Shown: positions 28,906 through 39,469, counted from the stretch's first letter. The stretch is DNA of 64,000 nucleotides from Bythopirellula sp. (GCA_965216565.1 OZ244170.1:4384001-4448000); one strand, 5' to 3'. The notes: generated by a model from the sequence alone, not told the origin. Numbers and translations are program-made.

Positions 28906-30282
28906 ATGCTAGAGGGATCCTTACTAGTTGTAGATGACGATCGTCAATTACTTGAATCGATGAGCGAATGGCTCGGCGGCCAAGGTCTCAAAGTCGATAC
29001 TGCTGACGGTTATGGCCCTGCACTCGAACAGCTCACTAAGCAAAAGTACGAGATGGTGCTTGCTGACGTCCGTCTTGGCGATGGTGATGGCTTCGATCTT
29101 CTAGAGCAAGTCCGCCGCAACTACCCGGAATGTCACGTCGTGCTGATGACTGGCTATGGCGACCCCGATGCCGCCGTGGAAGCTGTGCGTGCGGGGGCAG
29201 CCGATTATCTCACCAAGCCACTAATCAGCGACGAGCTGCTCTTGGTAATCGAGCGCGTGTTTAACGAACGCCAGGTAATCGCCGAGAACCACCAACTCAA
29301 GAAGCAACTCGATAAGCACTACTCACTCGACAACATTGTCGGCCAAGATTCAGGAATGCTGAAGGTATTCGAAATGGTCGAGAGTGTTGCCGAAACCAAG
29401 GCCACAGTGCTCGTCACCGGTGAGAGCGGTACTGGTAAATCGATGATTGCTCGCGCGATTCACCGTCGTAGTGATCGCAGCGGCAAACCGTTTATCGAAG
29501 TTGCCTGCGGAGCGCTTCCAGAGAATTTGCTCGAAAGCGAACTGTTTGGTCACGTCGCGGGCTCATTCACGGGGGCTACCAGCGACAAGACGGGTAAGTT
29601 TATGCAGGCCAACGGCGGCACGATCTTTCTTGACGAAATCGGCACCGCCAGCCCGGCTTTGCAGGTCAAGCTATTGCGAGTTCTGCAGGAGCTTCAATTC
29701 GAGCAGGTCGGCGGCAGCAAAACCTTCAAGGTCGACGTTCGTGTGATTCTAGCCACCAACGAAGACCTGGCCGATGCTGTGGCTGAGGGCCGATTCCGAC
29801 AAGACTTGTACTATCGTGTGAACGTCATCAATGTGGAATTGCCCGCATTGCGGCAACGTCGCACCGACATTTCGCTATTGGCTCAAACGTTCCTCGATCA
29901 GTTGCGGGACGATACCAACCGCAACGTGCACGGTTTTAGCGAAGAGGCGTTGGCGGTGCTTGAGAACTACCCCTGGCCTGGCAATATTCGCGAGCTGCAG
30001 AATGTCGTCGAACGTGCTGTGCTGTTGGGTAAGAACGAGGTGATTACTCCGTCCGATTTGCCACACGAACTAGTCGGCGGAAATACAATCAGCGTTTCGC
30101 GCGTGGGTTCGATGACGCTGAAAGAAGCTCTTGAAGAACCGGAACGCCAAATCATCCTCGACGTGTTGGAAGCGAACAATTGGAATCGTAACGCAACGGC
30201 CGACTCGTTGGGCGTGAATCGAACGACGCTATACAAGAAGATGAAGAAGCTGGGCCTCGAAGACCGTCAGACTATCAACTGA
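28906..30282 (+). CDS. Sigma-54-dependent response regulator (NtrC/AtoC family)
   Basis: Receiver domain, GESGTGKS, GSFTGA, FLDEI, FRQDLYYR, Fis-type HTH. Confidence 0.95.
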   Translation: MLEGSLLVVDDDRQLLESMSEWLGGQGLKVDTADGYGPALEQLTKQKYEMVLADVRLGDGDGFDLLEQVRRNYPECHVVLMTGYGDPDAAVEAVRAGAADYLTKPLISDELLLVIERVFNERQVIAENHQLKKQLDKHYSLDNIVGQDSGMLKVFEMVESVAETKATVLVTGESGTGKSMIARAIHRRSDRSGKPFIEVACGALPENLLESELFGHVAGSFTGATSDKTGKFMQANGGTIFLDEIGTASPALQVKLLRVLQELQFEQVGGSKTFKVDVRVILATNEDLADAVAEGRFRQDLYYRVNVINVELPALRQRRTDISLLAQTFLDQLRDDTNRNVHGFSEEALAVLENYPWPGNIRELQNVVERAVLLGKNEVITPSDLPHELVGGNTISVSRVGSMTLKEALEEPERQIILDVLEANNWNRNATADSLGVNRTTLYKKMKKLGLEDRQTIN

Positions 30283-30590
30283 GCGGGAGTTCGTAGAGCT
30301 AGCTAAGCCCTAATTCCCCGCGAGAGGTATTTTTGAAGTTTCTCGCGAATTCTTTTACGAATTGCTTGATTCCCCGGTGGGACCAGCTATAGTAACGGGA
30401 CATTGAGCGAAAGCGCTCTACCAGTTTTAGGCCCGGTTTTTAGGTCGGGCAAAACACGTTTTACCACTATTTTAAAGAATTTGAGTCGACCTACTGTAGT
30501 CAATCTCTTGCAGCTTTCTTAACTGCACAACCGGTTGAGACGAATCTCGTCTCCCGTTTTCACCATTATCTCTGCTACTAGGTAGGTTTT

Positions 30591-31736
30591 ATGTATACGT
30601 CATATGGGGACAGCTGCGCGCGCCATTTTGGTAGGGCAGCGGTGTTTGCTTGGGCTTGTTGCGTGCTCAGCATGATGAACACTTCCGTCACGCACGCTTC
30701 GTTTTTTCATTCTTCGGACGAACCGTCCATTGATATTCGGGTCGTTGATAAAGCGGGACCGATTTGGGTCGGTGACAAGTTTGTTAGCTCAGGTGAATTT
30801 GATTTGCCGGCGCTAGAGATCTACGAAACCTTTAAAGACCACGACAGTGGCGGTCCACTTTGGGCCGACGTCGAGATTAAAGTAACGGTCCGACGTCCTA
30901 GCGGTCATGGTGGCGGCTGGGGTGATTGGGGTTCTGGCTGGGGTTCAGGTTGGGGCTCAGGTTGGGGCAATAACAACAACGGCAATTCTGGTTGGGGCAG
31001 CGGTGGCTCGGGCTGGGGTAGTTGGGGTGGTTCCAATAGCGGTGGCTCGGGCTGGGGCGGCTGGGGCAGTAACGACAACGGCGACTCCGGATGCGGAAGC
31101 GGCGGATTTGGCTGGGGTGGTTGGGGCGATTCCGGCTGCGACTCGGGCGGTTCTGGCGATTCAGGCTGGGGCGACTGGGGGAGCGGTGATTGGGGCGGTG
31201 GTGACTGGGGTGGCGGCGATTGGGGCTGGGATTGGGGACATGACGATCCACCAGCAGACCCTAACTTTTCGCCCGAAAGTCTCATTATTGGCATCGACAA
31301 GTTTGTGAAGAACAAGACCAGCTCGCATTGGTTCGATTTCCGGATCGGTTTAGGAACTGGCTTGGGCGACGACTTTGAACCTTCCGATCCCGAAGACGGA
31401 CTCTACATTCTCTCCGATCCCGAACCGAAAGAAGTCACTTCGTTCTACGACGATCTTCCTGGATCTAGCGGTCCAGAGTCTTCTGAAGAGTACGAAATCG
31501 ACAGGCTGCAATGGTATGCCGATGGGCAGTCGCGGCCAGGACAGGGTTACAATGACAAGAGCGTGTTCTGGTTTGGAGTTCACATCCCCGAATACCTATT
31601 CGAGCAAGACTCGCATGACTCGGACGTGTGGCACGCAAAGTTCACCATTCGTCAACACACGGGAATTCCCGAACCAGCAACTGGTATCATCCTGTTGATG
31701 GGATCTTCCGCATTGCTGCTCAGAAGAAGAGAATAG
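30591..31736 (+). CDS. PEP-CTERM sorting-domain protein with Gly/Trp-rich low-complexity region
   Basis: Signal peptide; (G/S/D)GWG repeats; C-terminus IPEP-hydrophobic-RRRE. Confidence 0.85.
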   Translation: MYTSYGDSCARHFGRAAVFAWACCVLSMMNTSVTHASFFHSSDEPSIDIRVVDKAGPIWVGDKFVSSGEFDLPALEIYETFKDHDSGGPLWADVEIKVTVRRPSGHGGGWGDWGSGWGSGWGSGWGNNNNGNSGWGSGGSGWGSWGGSNSGGSGWGGWGSNDNGDSGCGSGGFGWGGWGDSGCDSGGSGDSGWGDWGSGDWGGGDWGGGDWGWDWGHDDPPADPNFSPESLIIGIDKFVKNKTSSHWFDFRIGLGTGLGDDFEPSDPEDGLYILSDPEPKEVTSFYDDLPGSSGPESSEEYEIDRLQWYADGQSRPGQGYNDKSVFWFGVHIPEYLFEQDSHDSDVWHAKFTIRQHTGIPEPATGIILLMGSSALLLRRRE

Positions 31737-31784
31737 CCAAGTACGCAACTCAAGTACTCAACTAAGAGGGCTAGCGTAACTGCG

Positions 31785-32204
31785 TTAGCCCTCTTGTTTC
31801 AATTGCGTCGGCTCGACATGCCGCAGGTCTTCAGCGAGAAAGTCGTTGGGAATCGGCTTGTCGTTCTCGGTAATGCGATACTGCAAACATCGCTCTTTGG
31901 AGTTCCAAGTCATTTCTCGAATCACGCCGGTGCGCGGCGTGTTGCGTTTACCGCGTGAGAGCACTTCTACCCAGTCTCCAATTTCGTAGCCTTCGCCGGA
32001 AACTTCTTGCCAGAGGGTGCGCTTCACTCGTAGTCGTGCGTCACCGTAGTAAAGATTGACGAATTCCCCCTGCTCGCCCTCGCGTCGAAATACTCGCATG
32101 CTGGGAATCATGTTCCGAGCTAGCTCAACATCTTCGGGGTGGAGCCACTCGTTGCCATCTTCGGGCCACCAGGGATAGTAGCCGTATCGCGGTTCAATTT
32201 TCAT
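31785..32204 (-). CDS. Hypothetical protein (DUF6960-like, SH3-like)
   Basis: 139-aa ORF, YGYYPWWPEDG..W.HPED. Confidence 0.65.
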   Translation of the reverse strand: MKIEPRYGYYPWWPEDGNEWLHPEDVELARNMIPSMRVFRREGEQGEFVNLYYGDARLRVKRTLWQEVSGEGYEIGDWVEVLSRGKRNTPRTGVIREMTWNSKERCLQYRITENDKPIPNDFLAEDLRHVEPTQLKQEG

Positions 32205-32421
32205 GGTGCCATCTGTTCCAGGTCCGCCCGACGTGTCCCCTGTTCCTACGGGCGGGAATTCACTCGTTGCCTCTCCCCTAAGAATACCGCAAAACGCTCA
32301 CCAAGGCCAGTTTCTAACGGTTCTGCGGTTTGAGCAGGCTCTCAGTTAACACCCTGAAACGAAGGGGCAACCTATACTTGGAAAGCTCAGTCCTTAGTCC
32401 CCTGCAACCAAGCCCTCTCCC

Positions 32422-33924
32422 ATGAATCTACACGATTTTCTCGAACATCACGGCATGTCGGCCAATCCGTTTGCCGATGAAGACGCTCAAACCGACCCGG
32501 TCTTTCAGGGGCGTTGCCGGACGAGCACGTTTCATCCTAGTTGGGACAAGGTGTATGGCGACCCCTCGTCGCCAGCGACTTCGATTGTGTTCGGTGAAAA
32601 GGGTGCTGGCAAAACAGCGATGCGGTTGCAAATCGCCGCCCAGATTGAAGAGCACAATCGTGAGTCCCCCGATAACAAACTATTTGTCATTGACTATGAC
32701 GACTTCAACCCGTTTCTCGATCGATTCGCTGATCGGCTCAGTTCCCGTAAGCGTCGCAAGCCAACCAAGGTGCTTGCCGAGTGGAAAGTGTGGGATCATC
32801 TGGATGCCATACTTTCGCTGGGAGTGACGGACACGGTTAGTAAGTTACTAAAAGTTCGTCAGGCAAGAAACGAATCCGCAAACGATCTGCCCGAAGATGC
32901 TGTCAAGCGACTGGACCGCTTCCAGCGTCGCGACTTGCTCTTGTTGGCAGCCTGTTACGACAGCTCGTTGACCGAGTCCTTCGATACGCGGTGGTATCGG
33001 TTACGTAAGAAATTGAAGTACCGCCCCTGGCAAAGTTGGGCGATTCGAGGTCTCGGCATCGTGACCAAGGCGGCAGTGCTAGGCTTCATTGCCTACACCA
33101 AGAATTACGAGTTGCTTTGGACCAGTGTGTGGCCTTGGCTCATTATCGCTCTGGGCTGGGCGCCGTGGATGGCACAGGTGTGGCGATGGTGGATGCAGGC
33201 TTGGGGCGTTTCGCGAAATCTGCGTTGCGTCACCCGAGACGTCGGTCCATTGCGAAAAGTTCTCATGCAGTTTTCTGGCTCAGAGATCAACAATCAACCG
33301 CTTCCTAATCGCGCCCGCAGCGACGATCGTTACGAATTGCTGTACAAATTCCAGGGCTTGCTCAAGGCACTCGGATTCAATGGCATCGTGGTGTTAGTTG
33401 ACCGGGTCGACGAGCCGCACCTGATCGATGGTTCCCTGGAGAATATGCGCGGGCTGGTATGGTCGATGCTCGACAACAAGTTCCTAAAGCAACCTGGCCT
33501 GGGCTTGAAGATGTTGTTGCCCATCGAACTCTCTGATTTTGTCGAGCAGGAAGGACACGACTTTTTCCAAAGGGCTCGACTGGACAAGCAAAACATGATT
33601 CCTTCGTTAGAGTGGACGGGGCAATCGTTGTATGATTTGGCCAATGCTCGTCTGCAGGCATGTAGCGACAATGGCGAGGGCGTAGGGCTACAAGATTTGT
33701 TTGAGGATGAGATAGGGACCGCTCGCCTAGTCGATGCGTTCGCCTCGCTACGAGTTCCCCGGCATCTGTTCAAGTTCCTCTACCAACTCCTGATGACACA
33801 TTGCCAAGCCCATACCGACAGCGATCCGGCCTGGCAGATCGACTCTGGCACATTCGAAGCACAGCTAGCACTCTATCGGCGCGACCAAGAAGCTACAGAT
33901 CGTGGCCTGGTACATGGGGCTTAG
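32422..33924 (+). CDS. Membrane-anchored P-loop NTPase
   Basis: Walker A GEKGAGKT, Walker B-like VVLVDRVDE, two central TM segments. Confidence 0.8.
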   Translation: MNLHDFLEHHGMSANPFADEDAQTDPVFQGRCRTSTFHPSWDKVYGDPSSPATSIVFGEKGAGKTAMRLQIAAQIEEHNRESPDNKLFVIDYDDFNPFLDRFADRLSSRKRRKPTKVLAEWKVWDHLDAILSLGVTDTVSKLLKVRQARNESANDLPEDAVKRLDRFQRRDLLLLAACYDSSLTESFDTRWYRLRKKLKYRPWQSWAIRGLGIVTKAAVLGFIAYTKNYELLWTSVWPWLIIALGWAPWMAQVWRWWMQAWGVSRNLRCVTRDVGPLRKVLMQFSGSEINNQPLPNRARSDDRYELLYKFQGLLKALGFNGIVVLVDRVDEPHLIDGSLENMRGLVWSMLDNKFLKQPGLGLKMLLPIELSDFVEQEGHDFFQRARLDKQNMIPSLEWTGQSLYDLANARLQACSDNGEGVGLQDLFEDEIGTARLVDAFASLRVPRHLFKFLYQLLMTHCQAHTDSDPAWQIDSGTFEAQLALYRRDQEATDRGLVHGA

Positions 33925-34066
33925 TGGCTGAACCAGTGGCCCGCTGCCAGACGCACTTGACCTCGCTCGGGGGTTTTGGCAAACTTCCGCCGCGTTGTCT
34001 GGGAGCAGATTCTCCCGGGCTAGATTTCACTTTCAAAAGAGCTCCCACGGATGGGAAGTAGTAACC

Positions 34067-34684
34067 ATGAACAAGATGTTCCTGCTTTGTGCTGTTGCCA
34101 GTCTGAGTCTATTCACCCTGGGTTGTGGTGATACCGCGAGCGAGCCCGGCAGCTCGACGTTCGGTTTGCAACCGGCGGCCCCTCCCCAAGGAACGCAACC
34201 CGGCGATCCAGTTGGCCTAACCGTTCACGAGTTTCTCACTGCCATTCGCACCGGCGACACGCAAGCGTCCAGCTCTCGGCTGACGCCGCTAGCTCTACAG
34301 ATGATCAATCAAAACGACATGACCTTTGCGCCTCCGGCTAGCGAGAACGCCACGTTTCAGGTTGGCCAAGTGGAAATGTATGGACCCGACAAGGCCTCGG
34401 TCGATTCGATTTGGAGCGATCTCGATGCCGATGGTCAGCGCAACGAAGAGAAGATGACTTGGGCTCTGAAGCTCAACCAGGGTCAATGGAGAATCTCCGG
34501 CTTAATCGCCTATGTTGGCGAAAACCAATCCCCAGTGAAAATCAACTTCGAGAATCCCAGCGAGTTTATGGGAGGCAATTCGCAGCCTAAAACGGCGCAG
34601 CCCCCCCAACAACAGCAGCAACAACCTGGGTATCCGTCACCTCGCCAAGCGAGTCAGCCTACCCAGGACCCATTCCGGAAATAG
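34067..34684 (+). CDS. Hypothetical lipoprotein (NTF2-like core)
   Basis: Lipobox FTLGC; Q/P-rich tail. Confidence 0.75.
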   Translation: MNKMFLLCAVASLSLFTLGCGDTASEPGSSTFGLQPAAPPQGTQPGDPVGLTVHEFLTAIRTGDTQASSSRLTPLALQMINQNDMTFAPPASENATFQVGQVEMYGPDKASVDSIWSDLDADGQRNEEKMTWALKLNQGQWRISGLIAYVGENQSPVKINFENPSEFMGGNSQPKTAQPPQQQQQQPGYPSPRQASQPTQDPFRK

Positions 34685-34766
34685 ACCTCGATATGTTCAG
34701 CTCCAGAGCAGTGCAAACTGGAATTAGCCCACTCCGGAACCAGCATCGCACTGAATGGTTCGATAA

Positions 34767-34820
34767 TAGCCGCGATCCTACGGATCGCCGGAACCCCGGC
34801 GACTCCTAGAGTCGCGGCTA
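34767..34820. repeat. Tail-to-tail family-A REP doublet
   Basis: TAGCCGCGATCCTACGGATCGCCGG + CCGGCGACTCCTAGAGTCGCGGCTA. Confidence 0.92.
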
Positions 34821-35009
34821 TTGGCTCTTTTCGTGCTGCTTACCGAGTCCTAGCCAATCTCAATCTCCCCTACCTGTCTCCTAAGACTGCCTCCGGCCAG
34901 GATGTCGCGGAGCTGCATGCATTCTAGGTAATCTACGCAGCTTGGTAAACTGCTGCGTCGCTCCATGGTGGCTGATCTCGATCTTTCTTCGTCGACTCTT
35001 TTCAGCCTG

Positions 35010-35037
35010 TTGACACCCCTCCTGGGAATGTTATGGT
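35010..35037 (+). promoter_or_regulatory. Candidate sigma-70 promoter
   Basis: TTGACA-N16-TATGGT with extended -10 TG. Confidence 0.45.
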
Positions 35038-35274
35038 ATCGCCCTGGGTTCGCTAATTGGCAAAGTTTACCCAGACCTCAAACGCGATGACTCAAGCTAG
35101 TTGATGGATGCTTGCACGCTTTTAGAAAGCAAAAACAGGCAATCTACCGACCCAAGCACAATGATATTCGTACATACGGTTTGCTACCTGCCGTCGTAGC
35201 ATATTCGGTTTTTGAAGACGGCGTGAATTGAACTGTTAACCTTATTTCCCGTGATTTCCCAGAGGAGAACACAC

Positions 35275-35853
35275 ATGACGCGTACTATGACATGGATGAC
35301 TGCCTTCATGGTAGTCGTGGCAGCGTTTGCCACATCGACCGACAGCGCCTCTGCTGGCCTGTTCAACCGCAACAAGTGCAAGCCTGCTAAGTGCAAGAAA
35401 TCGCGTAAGAGCAACTGCTGCGAGCCTACAAGCTGCTGCCAGACTGCTTCTTACTGTGAGCCAGTTTCCAGCTGTGGCTGCGAAGCTGCACCTGCTTGTG
35501 GTGGCTGCGAAACTTCCGCTTGCGGTTGTGCTGCACCTGCCGCTCCTTGCGGTTGCCAAGCCTCTAGCTGTGGCTGCGAAGCTCAGACTTGTGGTTGTGA
35601 AGTAGCTAGTTGCGGTTGCGAGTCTTCCTGCAATTCCTGCTGCTTGAGCAAGCGTCAAGCTCGCAAAGCCAAGCGTAAGGGTTGCTGCGTTCAACAGTGC
35701 AGCACCAGCTGCAGTGCCTGCAGTTCCTGTGGTAGCCAAGCCGTTAGCAGCCCTTGTGGTTGTGCTGCCGGTAGCGACTGCGGTTGCTCAGGTGCCACCG
35801 AGAGTGCTTCGCCTGAGAAGGCTCCGGACCTGCCAGAAGACGCCGAGACTTGA
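35275..35853 (+). CDS. Secreted Cys-rich protein
   Basis: AGGAG SD, signal peptide ending ASA-GLF, CGCE repeats, basic patches. Confidence 0.85.
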   Translation: MTRTMTWMTAFMVVVAAFATSTDSASAGLFNRNKCKPAKCKKSRKSNCCEPTSCCQTASYCEPVSSCGCEAAPACGGCETSACGCAAPAAPCGCQASSCGCEAQTCGCEVASCGCESSCNSCCLSKRQARKAKRKGCCVQQCSTSCSACSSCGSQAVSSPCGCAAGSDCGCSGATESASPEKAPDLPEDAET

Positions 35854-35888
35854 ATCGGTCCTCGCTAACGCGAGACACTGACAATCAT

Positions 35889-35927
35889 AAAACCGGACTG
35901 TGTCTAAGTGGCACGGTCCGGTTTTTT
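35889..35927 (+). terminator. Intrinsic terminator
   Basis: AAAACCGGACTGTGTC-TAAGT-GGCACGGTCCGGTTTTTT. Confidence 0.8.
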
Positions 35928-36123
35928 CTGTTTTAGAGATAAAAGCCAATAACGATGCCACTGCGTTAGCGGTGTCGGGCACGACCTAACACTGTACCCC
36001 AGCTACAACCAATCGCCGTGGGCGACCGGCTCTTGCAGTGTCGAGGGACTCTCACACGCTCAATATTGGTTTGAATAATTCGAATCGCTAGGCGATCCTA
36101 GAATATTTGCCCACAATAGTGTG

Positions 36124-36837
36124 ATGGACGATAAGTGTAAAATCGCACACGCTAGGCTGCTGGCGGGCATCTGCCCTTGGTGTCGTCAGTATGTGTTGGC
36201 TGGCGAGGTCGAGGACGTCCGTGAAAAACGCAAATCTGTTTTTCATCAGAGGAATCTTGGGGGCAAGTCCATTCAACAATTTGTTGAGCAACGAGATCAC
36301 TTCTCTCTTCACTCCGTACTAACAATCTTAGAACAGATTGCCAGTAGAGTTTCTGACGTTCACAGTGATCGAGGAATGATTGGCTTATTATGTCCCAGCA
36401 CTATTCTTCTCTTGGGAAACAGCATAATCCTGATTGAAACTAGTGAGGTTGCTTCGTACTTAGACGATCCGTTTCAAGAAGATTCGTTTCAAGGAGATGT
36501 CGACCAGAACTCTCCCGTACTCGGAGTAGCTGATTATTTAGCTCCTGAGCAAGCTATAAGTAAGATCCGACCAGATGAGAGGGCCGACATCTATAGCCTG
36601 GGATGTATTTTCTTTTTTTTGCTAACTGGGCAGCCTCCCTTTTCTGGAAGCTCGATCTCGGAACGACTGTTGAAACATCAGACTGAAAAGCCTCCAAGTA
36701 TTCTACAGAGTTGTCCTGACGCCCCAGCTTGGGTTGAGCGAATGTGTGAGAAGATGCTGGAGAAGTTGCCCCAAGACCGATATCAATCGGCTGACGAATT
36801 AGTCGCAGAATTAAAGTCAAAACGAGAGGATAGCTAA
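36124..36837 (+). CDS. Degenerate Ser/Thr kinase (C-lobe only, pseudokinase)
   Basis: YLAPEQ, ADIYSLGC, LTGQPPF, DRYQSA present; HRD and DFG absent. Confidence 0.7.
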   Translation: MDDKCKIAHARLLAGICPWCRQYVLAGEVEDVREKRKSVFHQRNLGGKSIQQFVEQRDHFSLHSVLTILEQIASRVSDVHSDRGMIGLLCPSTILLLGNSIILIETSEVASYLDDPFQEDSFQGDVDQNSPVLGVADYLAPEQAISKIRPDERADIYSLGCIFFFLLTGQPPFSGSSISERLLKHQTEKPPSILQSCPDAPAWVERMCEKMLEKLPQDRYQSADELVAELKSKREDS

Positions 36838-36882
36838 CTGACCAGTACCCTTCAGGTAATAAATTGAAGCCAAGATCCTTGA

Positions 36883-37620
36883 TCACGGCTCGCCGACGGC
36901 GGCCTCTTCTTCCTTACTCTCAGGCTTTATCACCGCATCGGTTCCTGCCACCTTTTGCGACTTGATCCCGTTGATCATTTGTTCAAAACTCTCGGCCTGC
37001 GAGTCAATCAATTCTCGCGGTCCGTAGAATTTAATAAACCACATGCCATGCTTATTGGTCGGCACTATGGCCGCCAGCATGCGGTAGTTGGGTTTTTCAA
37101 TCGAGGGCCCGAACGGGCCGCGGGGCTTGTCGAGGAAAGTCCCGGCCAGGTCGACAGTATGCACGGTAAACGGGCCGTGTTCCTGCTTTGTGAGCTTCGT
37201 GTCCTTTTCGTCTAAGGCCTTGCCGTCCTCGGTTCGAAACTGGCCGACCCAACGTGCAATGTTCGCCTTCACCCCGCCGCCGGCGTTCATGATTGTCATC
37301 CGCCCGAAATCACTAGCTTCTTTCTCCGTCTCTTTTTTCTCACTGCCCTGCTCTGCTGACTCGGTGTTGGTTTGCTTTTCGTCCTCATTCTTGGCAATTG
37401 GTACCTGGAACTCGTGCGCAATGATGCGGCTCCGCGGCTTCACCTGTTTCCAGTCACTTGGCACCGGCAGCACAATATTGCCATCCGCCAGTTCAATAGC
37501 CTGCGGCTGTTTCGGTTTGCTGCTCTCTTTCTTGCCGCTACCCTCCTTTTCTTCAGCACCGACAATTCCAGGTAGTATGAGGAGTAGCAATAAGAACGCG
37601 AGCGGCTTGCGAAGACGCAT
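36883..37620 (-). CDS. Hypothetical exported protein
   Basis: Signal peptide; GGGVKANIARWVGQF. Confidence 0.75.
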   Translation of the reverse strand: MRLRKPLAFLLLLLILPGIVGAEEKEGSGKKESSKPKQPQAIELADGNIVLPVPSDWKQVKPRSRIIAHEFQVPIAKNEDEKQTNTESAEQGSEKKETEKEASDFGRMTIMNAGGGVKANIARWVGQFRTEDGKALDEKDTKLTKQEHGPFTVHTVDLAGTFLDKPRGPFGPSIEKPNYRMLAAIVPTNKHGMWFIKFYGPRELIDSQAESFEQMINGIKSQKVAGTDAVIKPESKEEEAAVGEP

Positions 37621-37728
37621 AACGAGATTCCATATAGAGTAGTTTGTTAGGTACGTACAAGTGCGTATCATGCTAGATCAACTCGAGTTACTTGGTGTTC
37701 AATCGTGGTTAACGTCACCCGAAGCTCT

Positions 37729-38460
37729 TCAATTCCTTATCAACACGACCACGAGAACCACCAGCAGCAAGAAAACCACCGCGGTTAGCAGCATTGTAAA
37801 GAGCTTAGCCCGTTCGCGACGTTTTCGTTGTTTAATGCGATAGTTCTCAGCAGGAAGTGGTTCCGCTGTTAGTTCTTCCTCGGCGGGAAGCGCTGTTTCT
37901 GGCGCCGGGGCGACATCTACTGTGGGCGCGGCAGGCAGGTTCAATTCAGTCAAGGCCTGCGTGCCGCTCTTCCACTCGGGCCAGCCGGTACGCCAGACCA
38001 GGCTGTCAGCGGGAACTCTGCCCGCTGCCGCCCAGCCATTGAAAGTCTCTGTGTTGGCCGGGCCAAATTGTTCACCGTTGGCTGCCCGCACATACCATAC
38101 GTCGGGCATGCTGCTGACCGTCGGGGGAAGTGGCGGAGGGGCGGGCGTCGCTTGGGTGGCTGGCGGTGCCAGGGGGGGCGGCGATGTGGGTGGCAAAGCA
38201 GCAGCCGGGGCAGACTCAGGTGCCTCGGACCGGGGGAGTGGTGAAGTTGACTCAGGTGTCGGCATTGCGGCGGTCGGAGCCGTCGCATTGGAGCGTGACT
38301 CGGCGGGAATCACGACAGACTCACCGGTCGACGAATTTTCATTGGTACTGGTGGGAATCGTGAACTTCGCCCGACATTCGGGGCAGATTCCCCGCTTGCC
38401 CGCCAAGTGCGATTTCACATTGAGTCGATGTCCATTCGGACACTCAAACCGAATTCCCAT
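37729..38460 (-). CDS. Zinc-ribbon / GYF-like (DUF4339) membrane-anchored protein
   Basis: CPNGH...CPEC; WYVR..GEQFGP...VWRTGWPEW; C-terminal TM. Confidence 0.8.
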   Translation of the reverse strand: MGIRFECPNGHRLNVKSHLAGKRGICPECRAKFTIPTSTNENSSTGESVVIPAESRSNATAPTAAMPTPESTSPLPRSEAPESAPAAALPPTSPPPLAPPATQATPAPPPLPPTVSSMPDVWYVRAANGEQFGPANTETFNGWAAAGRVPADSLVWRTGWPEWKSGTQALTELNLPAAPTVDVAPAPETALPAEEELTAEPLPAENYRIKQRKRRERAKLFTMLLTAVVFLLLVVLVVVLIRN

Positions 38461-38589
38461 GACTTGCCGATTACCTGCTGCAAGAGTTCTCTGTACCTAC
38501 GCCTAGTTTACAGGTGAAATCCTCATTCGAGAAGCCATCGAACTCTGCCGCAGACGCCGACAGTTTCGCTGAGTATAGTAGGCACTTCA

Positions 38590-38614
38590 CCGGCGATTCG
38601 TAGGATCGCGGCTA
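38590..38614 (-). repeat. Single family-A REP
   Basis: revcomp TAGCCGCGATCCTACGAATCGCCGG. Confidence 0.85.
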
Positions 38615-38650
38615 TCCAGACTGCCCACTGTCTTCTGACTACTTGAGTCC

Positions 38651-39469
38651 ATGTCGTTTCTAGAAATTATCCTGCTTGCCATCATTCAAGGGCTGACCGA
38701 ATTTTTGCCGGTTAGTTCCTCGGGCCACTTGGTCGTGGCTAATGCCATTTTCGAAGCATTGGGTAGCGAGCCGGTCGAAGACTTGGTGGAAGTGGAGATC
38801 GTACTGCATCTGGGTACGCTGCTGGCCGTGCTGGTGTATTATCGCAGAGAAATTGCGAGGCTGTTTACCGAAGATCGCCCCGTCATCCCACTGTTGATCG
38901 TTGGCACCATCCCCGCGGCGGTTATCGGCATCTTTGTGAAGAAAGTCCTAGACGATTCCACTGCCGAACGCGTGCAGGAACTAGTGTTTGAAAATCCGCT
39001 CGTCGCCGGCATCTGTTTTCCGATCACCGCGGCATTACTCTGGTGGGCTACGAAACGGACTGAAGGCGAGCAGGAGTACCAGGAACTCGGCTATGCAGAC
39101 ACCATTAAGATTGGCTTGTTGCAGGCGCTGGCACTGCTCCCCGGCATTTCGCGCAGCGGATCGACGATTGCCGGCGGATTAAGCGTCGGGCTTAAGCGAG
39201 AGTCGGCCGCCACATTCGCGTTTCTGCTCGCCATCCCTGCGATTGCTGGCGGTGGATTGCTAGAACTCATCGAAGCCGTGCAAGAAGGCGGTTCCGGCAC
39301 GCCGTTGCCGACGCTGGCCATTGGCTTTGTCGTAGCATTTGCAGTCGGCCTCGGCGCACTGGCCATTCTCATCCAGTGGATTCGCCGAGGCCGACTGGCA
39401 ATGTTTGTCTACTATCTGGTGCCGCTGGGTATAGCGGTAATAGCATGGCAGATTGGGTGGAAGCCTTGA
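38651..39469 (+). CDS. uppP: Undecaprenyl-diphosphatase
   Basis: QGLTEFLPVSSSGH, PGISRSGSTI. Confidence 0.95.
   Translation: MSFLEIILLAIIQGLTEFLPVSSSGHLVVANAIFEALGSEPVEDLVEVEIVLHLGTLLAVLVYYRREIARLFTEDRPVIPLLIVGTIPAAVIGIFVKKVLDDSTAERVQELVFENPLVAGICFPITAALLWWATKRTEGEQEYQELGYADTIKIGLLQALALLPGISRSGSTIAGGLSVGLKRESAATFAFLLAIPAIAGGGLLELIEAVQEGGSGTPLPTLAIGFVVAFAVGLGALAILIQWIRRGRLAMFVYYLVPLGIAVIAWQIGWKP

Noticed and set aside
30898..31315. Pro/Gln-rich antisense ORFs
   Set aside because: Shadows of the Gly/Trp-rich segment of the PEP-CTERM gene
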